This document shows, piece after piece, positions 26,517 to 34,328 of a stretch of 42,869 nt of DNA. Both the position numbers and the translations under genes were made by a program. The first letter of the stretch is position 1, and the number at the start of each line of letters is the position of its first letter. The notes under the pieces were generated by a model. That model did no database searches. It worked only from the letters and a program-made list of their open reading frames with translations, and had not been told where the DNA came from. The DNA comes from a virus (lineage: Duplodnaviria > Caudoviricetes), in IMG/VR virus record IMGVR_UViG_3300028588_000040, positions 1-42,869 of that record. One strand, written 5' to 3'.

Positions 26517-27098
26517 CTATATAGTTTTAATTAATTTAACTGTAAATTTTTTGTTTTTAAAATCTGTAATTGCTTCAACTTTTCTATTTTCTGAAAAAGG
26601 TTTTATAAAATTTTCATAAGTAAAAAACACGCCATCATAAGCCAATCCCTCATCCCTAATCGGAAACGTTATTTCTTCCAAATTTTCCGGCTCAAAGTTC
26701 CAAAAACTTAATTTTCCCTTTACGTTTAAAATCGGGTAATCGTATTTTTTAGCGTTAGCCAATACCCAATGAAAAGCATCTTTTTCCGCCCAAATGCTTT
26801 GCGAATTTTTCACGCAATCAATAATATCAACTTGGCCAATAATTGCAGAAACTTCCAACCTATTTGTTGTATATTTTTCTGTAATCCATCTATCAATATT
26901 TCCCTTTTCATGTTTTTTAATTTCCTCCAATTGCTCCCTTGAAAACATAGAAACGGCCTTTGCCCTATCATGCCATTTTGCGGAGGCATGAATTAAAACA
27001 GTCCCCCGGAATTTCGTGTTATAACTTCTGTTTTCAACGTCTTTAACTCCCTCCGCAATTAATGAAGCGTATGGCTGTTTTATACTTAATGCTTTCAT
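26517..27098 (-). CDS. ASCH domain protein
   Basis: MKALSIKQPYA..GVKDVENR..RGTVLIHAS..KGKLSFW. Confidence 0.9.
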   Translation of the reverse strand: MKALSIKQPYASLIAEGVKDVENRSYNTKFRGTVLIHASAKWHDRAKAVSMFSREQLEEIKKHEKGNIDRWITEKYTTNRLEVSAIIGQVDIIDCVKNSQSIWAEKDAFHWVLANAKKYDYPILNVKGKLSFWNFEPENLEEITFPIRDEGLAYDGVFFTYENFIKPFSENRKVEAITDFKNKKFTVKLIKTI

Positions 27099-28144
27099 TT
27101 TTTTAAAATTTGATTATAAACTCTGTCAATTACTTTTGCTGTCATTAACGGCGGTACGCTCATACCTAAAACGTATTGCGGTTTTAAATCTAAAAAATCA
27201 TAATCCAGAGGAAAAGTTTGGCAAAGTGATAATTCTTTTGTGGTCAAAAGCTCCTTTTTTTCCTCTATTGCAAAAACATTTCCTCCCATTATTGTAGCTA
27301 ATGGCCTGTTTTTTAACGCTTTTCTAAAAAACCCAAACTTTTTACCGCCTCTCGATCGCTCATCATAAACGCCTCGCCAATCAGCCTTATCCCAATATTT
27401 ACCATACCCTAGGCTCAACGCCTCTCTTTTAACTTTCTTTTGCTGAATCTGTCCGAAATTTATAGCCGGTTCATTAAAGTCCATGTCTATCTTTACATTT
27501 TCTGTAAACATATCTTTTACCTCCAAAAGATTAACCCCTATATCCTTCCTAACTGCTACAAAAAAAACCCTTTTTCGTTCTTGTGGCACTCCCATTTTTG
27601 AACCGTCCAATAAAAAGTGTTGGCAATAATACCCGGCCTTTTCAAATTCCTCATAAATTTTAATAACATATTTTTTGGCTTTTCCTAGCATTAATCCCTC
27701 AACATTTTCCGCAATCACAATTTTAGGTTGTAACCTTTTGGCCAAATCAATAAAATCAAAAAACAAAATATCTAAAACCTGCTTTGCCTGTCCTTCTTTA
27801 AACTTTTTCTCTTTTCCCCAATCTTTCTCCCTATTTCCCCCGGTTGAAAAGCTCGAACACGGCGGCGAACCGTCCAGAATTTCTAAATCAAATAAATCCT
27901 CTGGCAAATCTGGCAAATTTTTAAATTCCTGTATAGGCATTAAAAATGAATACTTTGGCTTGTGATTTTTAATGTACACCTCCATCATTTTAGGATCTAT
28001 TTCGTTACATCCTATAACATCATAACCGGCTAATTTATAACCCATTGTAGACCCCCCCCCACATGAAAAACAACTAAAAACTTTTCCTTTGTCTTTTGTG
28101 AAATTTGCTTTTTTTAGCATCCAATTATAATGTAAATTCCCCAT
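27095..28144 (-). CDS. DNA cytosine-C5 methyltransferase
   Basis: Motif I FSCGGG, IV GSPPC, VI ENV, VIII QxRxR, X GMSVPP. Confidence 0.95.
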   Translation of the reverse strand: MGNLHYNWMLKKANFTKDKGKVFSCFSCGGGSTMGYKLAGYDVIGCNEIDPKMMEVYIKNHKPKYSFLMPIQEFKNLPDLPEDLFDLEILDGSPPCSSFSTGGNREKDWGKEKKFKEGQAKQVLDILFFDFIDLAKRLQPKIVIAENVEGLMLGKAKKYVIKIYEEFEKAGYYCQHFLLDGSKMGVPQERKRVFFVAVRKDIGVNLLEVKDMFTENVKIDMDFNEPAINFGQIQQKKVKREALSLGYGKYWDKADWRGVYDERSRGGKKFGFFRKALKNRPLATIMGGNVFAIEEKKELLTTKELSLCQTFPLDYDFLDLKPQYVLGMSVPPLMTAKVIDRVYNQILKK

Positions 28145-28146
28145 TA

Positions 28147-28377
28147 TTACCTTAATTTTGTTTCAACTTTTTTAGTGATCCAAAAAGCCGCAACATTTAT
28201 CCAGAAAACAAAAAAGCTAATGGCCAAATAATATCCGGCATTTTCCCAAAGCTCCCAAATTTCCATAATTGAAAAGGCCAACATTGCCACTAAAATCAAA
28301 ATCCCGATAACCAACAAAATCGCCTTTAAGTTTTCCAATAACGCCAATTGCTTTTTAATTTTTTTTCTCTTTTCCAT
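28147..28377 (-). CDS. Small membrane protein (2 TM)
   Basis: Two hydrophobic segments. Confidence 0.65.
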   Translation of the reverse strand: MEKRKKIKKQLALLENLKAILLVIGILILVAMLAFSIMEIWELWENAGYYLAISFFVFWINVAAFWITKKVETKLR

Positions 28378-28380
28378 AAC

Positions 28381-28620
28381 TCAAATTAATTTCCAATTTT
28401 CTAAAATATTTTTCTCAATGTTTGCCGGGGCAACTTGTTTGCTGGTTTTTCCTTTTTGCATCCATTTCCATCCGGCCAATTTTCTTGCATCCGTAGAAAT
28501 ATCTGAAAAACTCAAAGCCTGTTTTCGGTTGTGCGTATTCTCGGAAAATCCGCCCTTAAAATCCTTCATTTCGTGCGCTGCCCTCCCCTTAATTTCGGTT
28601 TTGCTTCTTTTTTTTCTCAT
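28381..28620 (-). CDS. Hypothetical basic protein
   Basis: 79 aa ORF. Confidence 0.6.
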   Translation of the reverse strand: MRKKRSKTEIKGRAAHEMKDFKGGFSENTHNRKQALSFSDISTDARKLAGWKWMQKGKTSKQVAPANIEKNILENWKLI

Positions 28621-28623
28621 GCC

Positions 28624-28764
28624 TTATTTATGCTTTTCAATTATATTTTTTCTCTCCTCTCTGGTTATTTTTGGGCCTCCGACTTTACGCCGGAACCACT
28701 CCACGAAATCCAAATAATTATCCGTGGCAACCGGTTGCTTTTCTGGTTTTTTTTCTTTTTCCAT
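28624..28764 (-). CDS. 46-aa hypothetical protein
   Basis: Start reassigned to MEKEKK immediately after upstream stop. Confidence 0.5.
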   Translation of the reverse strand: MEKEKKPEKQPVATDNYLDFVEWFRRKVGGPKITREERKNIIEKHK

Positions 28765-28765
28765 G

Positions 28766-28915
28766 TTAACTAATTTTAGCCAGCCAATCCCACCAATTTC
28801 CAATAAAAAACTGGTTTTTTCTTTTGTTGGCAAATTTATAAACGCTCACACTTTTACCGTTTTCAATCAATTTTTTTTTGATTTTATTCGCTTCTTTTCT
28901 GGTTTTCGCTGTCAT
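28766..28915 (-). CDS. 49-aa basic hypothetical protein (not in ORF track)
   Basis: MTAKTRKEANK..GNWWDWLAKIS; first gene after promoter. Confidence 0.6.
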   Translation of the reverse strand: MTAKTRKEANKIKKKLIENGKSVSVYKFANKRKNQFFIGNWWDWLAKIS

Positions 28916-28938
28916 TGTTATTTGTTTTAGATTCTCTA

Positions 28939-28990
28939 CAAATATAATACTTATTTTAATACATACAAATAAAATGATAATTATTTTTAA
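28939..28990 (-). promoter_or_regulatory. Boxed promoter with upstream second box
   Basis: TTTG-TATGTATTAAAATAAGTAT-TATATTTG. Confidence 0.75.
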
Positions 28991-28992
28991 AT

Positions 28993-29024
28993 AAAATAGC
29001 CACGCTATTAACGTGGCTATTTTT
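28993..29024 (-). terminator. Terminator hairpin (symmetric)
   Basis: AAAATAGCCACG-7 nt-CGTGGCTATTTT. Confidence 0.75.
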
Positions 29025-29435
29025 CTACTCTGAAACTTTATTAAACAATTCTAGCGGGCTAATTCCTAAATGCAAACAAATTGAACCTATTACACAAGCT
29101 ACATTTTTTCCCGTTGTGGCTCCGGTTTTAATTTCAATTGTATTTTTAATCCCGTCCCGCTTCATTCTCTGCAACGTTATTCTTTTAATCTTGTTATCTG
29201 TAACATTGCTCAAAACTATCTCTCTGGCCCAAAAATCTTGCGGGCCTCTGGCCTTTGTAAATTCCTCCTCCAAACTTGAAATGCCGGCAATTATAATAAA
29301 TAAATCTCCGCATTTATCCGGCTTACTAACCTTTTCCTCCGGGAGCTTCATTATTTCAATAACCTTTTTAGAAACCAAAAAATAATTTTGTCCCTGTGGC
29401 AATTTGTCTTTTTGCCAATCTCTTTTATTTTCCAT
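29025..29435 (-). CDS. Hypothetical protein
   Basis: 136 aa ORF. Confidence 0.7.
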   Translation of the reverse strand: MENKRDWQKDKLPQGQNYFLVSKKVIEIMKLPEEKVSKPDKCGDLFIIIAGISSLEEEFTKARGPQDFWAREIVLSNVTDNKIKRITLQRMKRDGIKNTIEIKTGATTGKNVACVIGSICLHLGISPLELFNKVSE

Positions 29436-29439
29436 AAAA

Positions 29440-30216
29440 TTAAAATTTATCGCCCGAATCTATTATTATGGGCATTAATAAAATAGTTTCCTCAAACCAA
29501 TCATAACCAATAGATTTAATGAAAACCGCTTTGTTTTCTCCGGTAAACCTAAACTCCGCACTTCCATTTTTTTCCAAAAGCAAAGGTGATATTTTTTTTA
29601 GGTTTGCAAAATTTAAACCAACACTATACACTTCAAATGACAGCTCCTGGTCCCTCATTATGGCCTCGTAATCCGGGTAATTTTTCTCCAAATCGTGATA
29701 CTCAAATTCTGCCCTTGTTTTCATTGATCCAGAAAAACAAATTATTTTGTCTGGCCTTACATCCATATAATCAAAACCCCGTATTTTCTCAAAGGCAATG
29801 GTGGTTAAAAATTTACCTTCAATTGCTTTTATCTGGTGAGGTAAAAAGCTGTAATTCAATAAATTTTGCTTTATCAAAATAGAGCCGTTTGTGGCTAACA
29901 AATAACCTTTGTGGAAATAAACCCCGTCGAAACTTTCCCGGCTCGATCCTTTTTCTAAAATCTGGTCAATTGGCCGGCCAAACGTTTCAATTAAAACCTC
30001 CTCCCACTCATCCGGCTCAAAATTTCCTTTTGCTACATAATCAAAATTATGGCCTTCAAATTTTTTATTTTCAAACGGATGCTTATAAATTTCCGTATTT
30101 TTCCCCAAGTCAATTGTTGAATTTAAAACGCCGTAAAAATCCTTTGCGTTTTCTATTGTTTCAACAATAAACTCATTTTCTTTTTCTCCTTTTTTGAATT
30201 TCAAATTACTCATCAT
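29440..30216 (-). CDS. Beta-clamp (DnaN) domain II/III-like protein
   Basis: SRESFDGVYF, LLATNG, YPDYEAIM, VGLN, ILLMPI echo DnaN motifs. Confidence 0.65.
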   Translation of the reverse strand: MMSNLKFKKGEKENEFIVETIENAKDFYGVLNSTIDLGKNTEIYKHPFENKKFEGHNFDYVAKGNFEPDEWEEVLIETFGRPIDQILEKGSSRESFDGVYFHKGYLLATNGSILIKQNLLNYSFLPHQIKAIEGKFLTTIAFEKIRGFDYMDVRPDKIICFSGSMKTRAEFEYHDLEKNYPDYEAIMRDQELSFEVYSVGLNFANLKKISPLLLEKNGSAEFRFTGENKAVFIKSIGYDWFEETILLMPIIIDSGDKF

Positions 30217-30406
30217 CCATATTTTTACATTCAACAATTGACCCCGGTAACATCCCCCTCACTAATTTAGCGACTTTTTCCGCCCTTTCGGTTCCGTCTA
30301 AAATAAATGCGTTTTCCTCTTTTTCCACCGTCCCAATGGAATTATTAATGATGTTTTTGTAAAATGAAATTTTACCGTTTTTTGAAATCTTAATTACTGT
30401 GCTCAT
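30206..30406 (-). CDS. Hypothetical protein
   Basis: 66 aa ORF. Confidence 0.6.
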   Translation of the reverse strand: MSTVIKISKNGKISFYKNIINNSIGTVEKEENAFILDGTERAEKVAKLVRGMLPGSIVECKNMDDE

Positions 30407-30413
30407 GTTTGAT

Positions 30414-30695
30414 TTATTTTATTTTTACTATTTTAATATTTTCCCTCCATCTGATCAAATTAAAAAACATTTGAGAAACAAAAGAAACCATGTATTTTTT
30501 ACCGTTTATCCTGTAAATTTCCGGCTCCGGAATTTCTGCATTTTTCCCTTTTTTAATAGTGAAAATTTCCTTTGCTGTTTTGTTCATTTCTTGCTCCAAT
30601 AACAACTCCGTTTTTTTCAATTCCACATATTGCTCCGCACAATTGTAAAAATGCTCAATTCTCCCCTTTAATTTCTCCGTTTCTTCTTTTGCCAT
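30414..30695 (-). CDS. Hypothetical protein
   Basis: Start reassigned to MAKEETEK. Confidence 0.55.
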   Translation of the reverse strand: MAKEETEKLKGRIEHFYNCAEQYVELKKTELLLEQEMNKTAKEIFTIKKGKNAEIPEPEIYRINGKKYMVSFVSQMFFNLIRWRENIKIVKIK

Positions 30696-30895
30696 GTTTT
30701 GCGCTATAAATAAAAATACCGTTAATTGTTTCCCTGTAAAATATTTCAACTTTCAATTGTTTTAAAATCTCTTTTAATTCAATTTTTGTTACTTCCAAAT
30801 CAATCATTAACCGGGCAATACTATAACCGTTATTGCCTCCGGCAAATTTTACTTTTTTCCTCGATTAGTTGCAAAGCTTTTTCTTTTTTTTCCAT
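30655..30895 (-). pseudogene. Frameshifted winged-HTH-like ORF
   Basis: ATG at 30895 gives 21 aa; removing one A from A6 (30853-30858) gives a continuous ~79-aa ORF. Confidence 0.45.
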
Positions 30896-30909
30896 AAAAA
30901 AAATTAATT

Positions 30910-30942
30910 AAAAAAGAAAACCCCCGATTTTTCGGGGGTTTC
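30910..30942 (-). terminator. Intrinsic terminator
   Basis: AAACCCCCGA-AAAA-TCGGGGGTTTTCTTTTTT. Confidence 0.85.
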
Positions 30943-31008
30943 TAAAGGCTCACGGCTTCCTTTATTTGAATTTAAAACAGCCCAAAAGTGAAGTTTTCCG
31001 CTGTTAAG
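30910..31008 (-). ncRNA. Candidate structured leader/small RNA 2
   Basis: Promoter, stem AACAGC/GCTGTT, stem TAAAGG/CCTTTA, then terminator. Confidence 0.55.
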
Positions 31009-31013
31009 GTTTA

Positions 31014-31021
31014 CAAATGTA
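31014..31021 (-). promoter_or_regulatory. -7 element (no box)
   Basis: TACATTTG matches TAnnTTTG. Confidence 0.6.
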
Positions 31022-31030
31022 AACTTTTTT

Positions 31031-31390
31031 TTATAATTCAACCCCATTTATTAAAACGCCCTCATATTTTTTCCTATATAATTCCGGGTGAACTTCTTTT
31101 ATATAGGCAACATTCTCAAAGAAATCTAACATTTGGCTTTGCTCCTCCGGCGTTCCATCCTCCCAAAGCTTGTGGCAACCATTCCCTTGCTCTAGGCAAT
31201 GGTAATGTATATTTCTGGGGTCAGTTTCTAAATCTTTGCGATCAGACCGCCTAATAATATGGCTATGGCTCAAAAATCTACCAATCCCGCAACCTTCGCA
31301 AATATGCTCTTTTCGTTCCGCCATATCAGCGTAAACTTGTGTAAGCGTTCTATTAATTCCCGCTTGTTTTTTAGAAACTTGTTTTATCAT
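31031..31390 (-). CDS. HNH endonuclease
   Basis: CEGC..SHSHII..N..HC..CH. Confidence 0.8.
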   Translation of the reverse strand: MIKQVSKKQAGINRTLTQVYADMAERKEHICEGCGIGRFLSHSHIIRRSDRKDLETDPRNIHYHCLEQGNGCHKLWEDGTPEEQSQMLDFFENVAYIKEVHPELYRKKYEGVLINGVEL

Positions 31391-31713
31391 CTTATAATTT
31401 TCTTGTTTTTAATCACAAACTCCATTTTGCTTATTTTTTCAGATAAATCTAAATACTCAATTTTTCTAAATCTGTTAACATTAATTTCCCCTATCATTGT
31501 ACGCCTTAAATATACAATTGTAGTGTAATGTTTTTTGAAAAAATCCCCCATTTGTACAACCGTCGAACCGGGTAAAAAATCACTTATCAAAACAATCGCC
31601 ATACTTTTTGCAATTGTTTCCTTTTGGTTTCCCCTCCCCTTTTTTCTGAATTTATCAAAATCCACTCCGTAAAATTCTGATACTAATTTTGTCAATCGCT
31701 CCATTTTTCCCAA
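31387..31713 (-). CDS. DnaA C-terminal (domain IV)-like HTH protein
   Basis: VSEFYGV..R..AKSMAIVL..MGDFFKKHYTTIVY. Confidence 0.75.
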   Translation of the reverse strand: MGKMERLTKLVSEFYGVDFDKFRKKGRGNQKETIAKSMAIVLISDFLPGSTVVQMGDFFKKHYTTIVYLRRTMIGEINVNRFRKIEYLDLSEKISKMEFVIKNKKIIR

Positions 31714-32219
31714 TCCTCTTTTTTAATCCCGTTTCTCAATCTATAAACATCCGGTTCCTCAATAACTAGCCCAACCGATGCAGCAAATCTAATCAACCTA
31801 TCAATAAATTGCATAACCTCAAATTTTGAAGCATCCGCCACGCTTTTTGCAATTCTTTGGCTATTTCCGTCAAAAGGATCGTAAAGCTCATCAACAAAAT
31901 TTATTTCCGGGTGATACTTCAATTGCATCCTAATTTGCTCCTCTGAATAATCTAAACCGGCCTCTTTGTAATATTTATAAAAAGGCTTAAATATTGCAGC
32001 GTGCAAATAACCTAATTGCGGTTTAGTTTTTGCAGTAAAAGGGTTTTTAACCTCAATATCTAGCATTATTTCAGTCGCTCCCTTTGTCTTAATAAAAACC
32101 GCCAACAAATCATGTTTTAATTGCAAAGAGTTTGGCAAAAATATTTCCCAATCCCTAAAATTTGATGATTTGCCATCCGGTTTTTTTTTCAATAACAATT
32201 CGCTACTTACTTTTTTCAT
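31692..32219 (-). CDS. NinB/Orf-like recombination protein
   Basis: TKPQLGYLH..KSVADASKFEVMQFID..FAA. Confidence 0.65.
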   Translation of the reverse strand: MKKVSSELLLKKKPDGKSSNFRDWEIFLPNSLQLKHDLLAVFIKTKGATEIMLDIEVKNPFTAKTKPQLGYLHAAIFKPFYKYYKEAGLDYSEEQIRMQLKYHPEINFVDELYDPFDGNSQRIAKSVADASKFEVMQFIDRLIRFAASVGLVIEEPDVYRLRNGIKKEDWEKWSD

Positions 32220-32514
32220 TGCTCTCCATTAATTTGTAATAATACTCCGGCCGTCCAAAAATCCCTCTTTTTTTAAACTCTGTTTTTTTTAAAATATTAT
32301 CAGAGCTTAAATTTGTCAATGCCCTCCTCATGCTGGTTAAAGGTGCGTAAATCTGGCCAAAAATATCCCAAACCTCCGAAGCTGTCAAAGCCTGTTTTTT
32401 CTGTTTAAAAATGGCCAATATTTGCTCCTCTTGGTTTTTTGCTTTTGGCTTAACAACTTCCAAAAATAAATTATCCTCTTTGGTAGTGTTATAAAATATT
32501 TTCCTTTTTTTCAT
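32203..32514 (-). CDS. Winged-HTH protein
   Basis: ILAIF..LTASEV..TSMRRALTNL..GRPEYYY. Confidence 0.75.
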   Translation of the reverse strand: MKKRKIFYNTTKEDNLFLEVVKPKAKNQEEQILAIFKQKKQALTASEVWDIFGQIYAPLTSMRRALTNLSSDNILKKTEFKKRGIFGRPEYYYKLMESNEKSK

Positions 32515-33292
32515 TTTTCCATCGTTTAAAAGTTTCCAAAATCAAATCTTTTTTAGATTGCAAAATTGCCTTTTCTATTTGGGTTTCATAACGCTTATAA
32601 TCTTTGATTTTATCATAAACATTTGCGTATTTTTTTTTATTGTTAAATCCAGACTTAACCGCATTAACATTCAAAATCCAAATTTCTTTTTTCTTTTTCT
32701 CATCTATAAAACCACGATCAAAAAGAGAATCATAAACCGCCTCAATTTCCGGCCCAACGTTTAAACTAAATTTTTCCTCCTTAAAAAAAACCGTGTACAA
32801 ATCCAGAACAATAGCACAAAAATACTCCCCAGAAATTTTCCTTTTTTTTTCCTCCAAATCCTCCGCCGTTTCAATTGGCGATAATAAAATTTTAGCCTTT
32901 TGAATCACTTGTGATTTATAAGACTTGTAAGCCCTCATAATTCCGACAAAGTACTTTATACTGAATTTATCGTAATGCTCAATATTTGCTCCCGTAACTC
33001 CTTCAATCGCCAACTCAAAGGCTATCCTTATATCGCTGGCCGTAAAATTCCCGTAATAAGTTCTAATGTGATACATCAAAGGCACTTTTTCCAATTCCTC
33101 CGGGATTGTTTTAAGACCAATTAAAAGAAAAACATATCTTAACGCCCCTTTTATGTATTCATCATCCTCACCCTCAATTTTCGGCTCGATTAAAGAAGTT
33201 GTAACAATTTCCAAGCCTTTAGAAATTCCCAATTTTTTCCGAAGTAGATTTATTTGACGATCCTCCAGCGGGTTTATTTTTACTATATCCAT
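32489..33292 (-). CDS. Putative helicase loader/replication protein
   Basis: DIRIAFELAIEG..HYDKFS..Y motif; follows initiator. Confidence 0.5.
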   Translation of the reverse strand: MDIVKINPLEDRQINLLRKKLGISKGLEIVTTSLIEPKIEGEDDEYIKGALRYVFLLIGLKTIPEELEKVPLMYHIRTYYGNFTASDIRIAFELAIEGVTGANIEHYDKFSIKYFVGIMRAYKSYKSQVIQKAKILLSPIETAEDLEEKKRKISGEYFCAIVLDLYTVFFKEEKFSLNVGPEIEAVYDSLFDRGFIDEKKKKEIWILNVNAVKSGFNNKKKYANVYDKIKDYKRYETQIEKAILQSKKDLILETFKRWKNEKKENIL

Positions 33293-33878
33293 TTTTGACT
33301 TGATTTAAAATATTTGCCAAATTACTAAAAATTTGTTGAGGCTTTAATTGCTCTCCTAAAAATGGATCTATCAAATTCCAATTATCAAAAATCGCCTTAA
33401 ACGATAAAATAATTTTGCTTTCACCCACATTTTTATCAAAGTACTCAATTATTTTTTTAATCGACTGAACGCCGGCTCCATCAATCAAAGGCTTAACACC
33501 TACCTTTTTTAAATAAAATTCGTGATACAATGCGATTGCATCCGCCAAAACTGTTTTATCAACCGGCTTAACTTCTGGATTAATTTTATACTCTGGAGCT
33601 GCAACCGGTTCCGGCTCAAAATTAAAAACATAAGTATCTATTTTTTTTGGGACCTTAACCAGCGTTAACCAGCCACGCACTTCCAATTCTTTTAAATACT
33701 TATTCAAAGTTTCAACGCTGAAACCGGAGGATTTTGCTAACTTATCCTTATTCAAAGTTTTTCCAACCGCCAACAAACGAAACGCCACCATTTTAGCCTT
33801 ATCGCTAATCACCTCATCATTTACCAACGCAACGGGAATTAATAAAATCCCCGTTTGCAAATCGTTTTTAAAATTCAT
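33219..33878 (-). CDS. Replication initiator (N-terminal wHTH)
   Basis: IP..DEVISDKAK..LAKSSGFS..YLKELEVRGWL. Confidence 0.65.
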   Translation of the reverse strand: MNFKNDLQTGILLIPVALVNDEVISDKAKMVAFRLLAVGKTLNKDKLAKSSGFSVETLNKYLKELEVRGWLTLVKVPKKIDTYVFNFEPEPVAAPEYKINPEVKPVDKTVLADAIALYHEFYLKKVGVKPLIDGAGVQSIKKIIEYFDKNVGESKIILSFKAIFDNWNLIDPFLGEQLKPQQIFSNLANILNQVKNGYSKNKPAGGSSNKSTSEKIGNF

Positions 33879-34072
33879 ATTTCTTTATCTTCAATTGAGT
33901 TTCTAATAATTCCCCTTTGTATAACTCTAGGGGCTTCGCTTTTCAACCATTCCTCAAATTTTAAATTTGCCTCATGCTTGCCTTTTGCTTCTATTTTGGT
34001 TTGCATAACATCCTTTTCATCCCCATTTCTAAAAAAAAATGAAAACTCAAACTTTAATAATATAATATTCAT
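33875..34072 (-). CDS. Hypothetical protein
   Basis: 65 aa, first gene after promoter. Confidence 0.6.
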   Translation of the reverse strand: MNIILLKFEFSFFFRNGDEKDVMQTKIEAKGKHEANLKFEEWLKSEAPRVIQRGIIRNSIEDKEI

Positions 34073-34096
34073 TTTATTTCTGTTTTAAATTCTTTA

Positions 34097-34122
34097 CAAA
34101 TATAATTATTATTTTAATATAA
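34097..34122 (-). promoter_or_regulatory. Boxed promoter
   Basis: TATTAAAATAATAAT-TATATTTG. Confidence 0.75.
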
Positions 34123-34151
34123 CGTTCTTTTTTTTTAAAATATTTTTAAGC

Positions 34152-34178
34152 AAAAAAAATAGGCTAAAAGCCTATTTT
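34152..34178 (-). terminator. Intrinsic terminator
   Basis: AAAATAGGCT-TT-TAGCCTATTTTTTTT. Confidence 0.75.
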
Positions 34179-34328
34179 GTTTTTTTTTTATTTTTTGTCT
34201 TTTTTTCCCGGTTTCTCTTTTCCTCATTTTTGCAATAAATACTAAAAGCATTATTCACATCCAACGCATTCCCGGTTATAACCGTTTTTCCTTTTTTTGT
34301 TGTTATCTCAATTATCATTTTTATTTTT

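Noticed and set aside
30970-30985. Leader 2 base-pairing in trans with leader 1 (GGCUGUUUUA vs UAACAACAGCU)
   Set aside because: Only ~10 bp with a bulge in AT-rich sequence; indistinguishable from chance
33699-33761. Iterons inside initiator gene (cttattcaaagttt twice)
   Set aside because: Only two copies, explained by repeated TLNK codons
34137-34318. ~59-aa ORF MIIEITTKKGK after LRR gene
   Set aside because: Plausible start but runs through poly-A tracts and the terminator; end uncertain, possible homopolymer error
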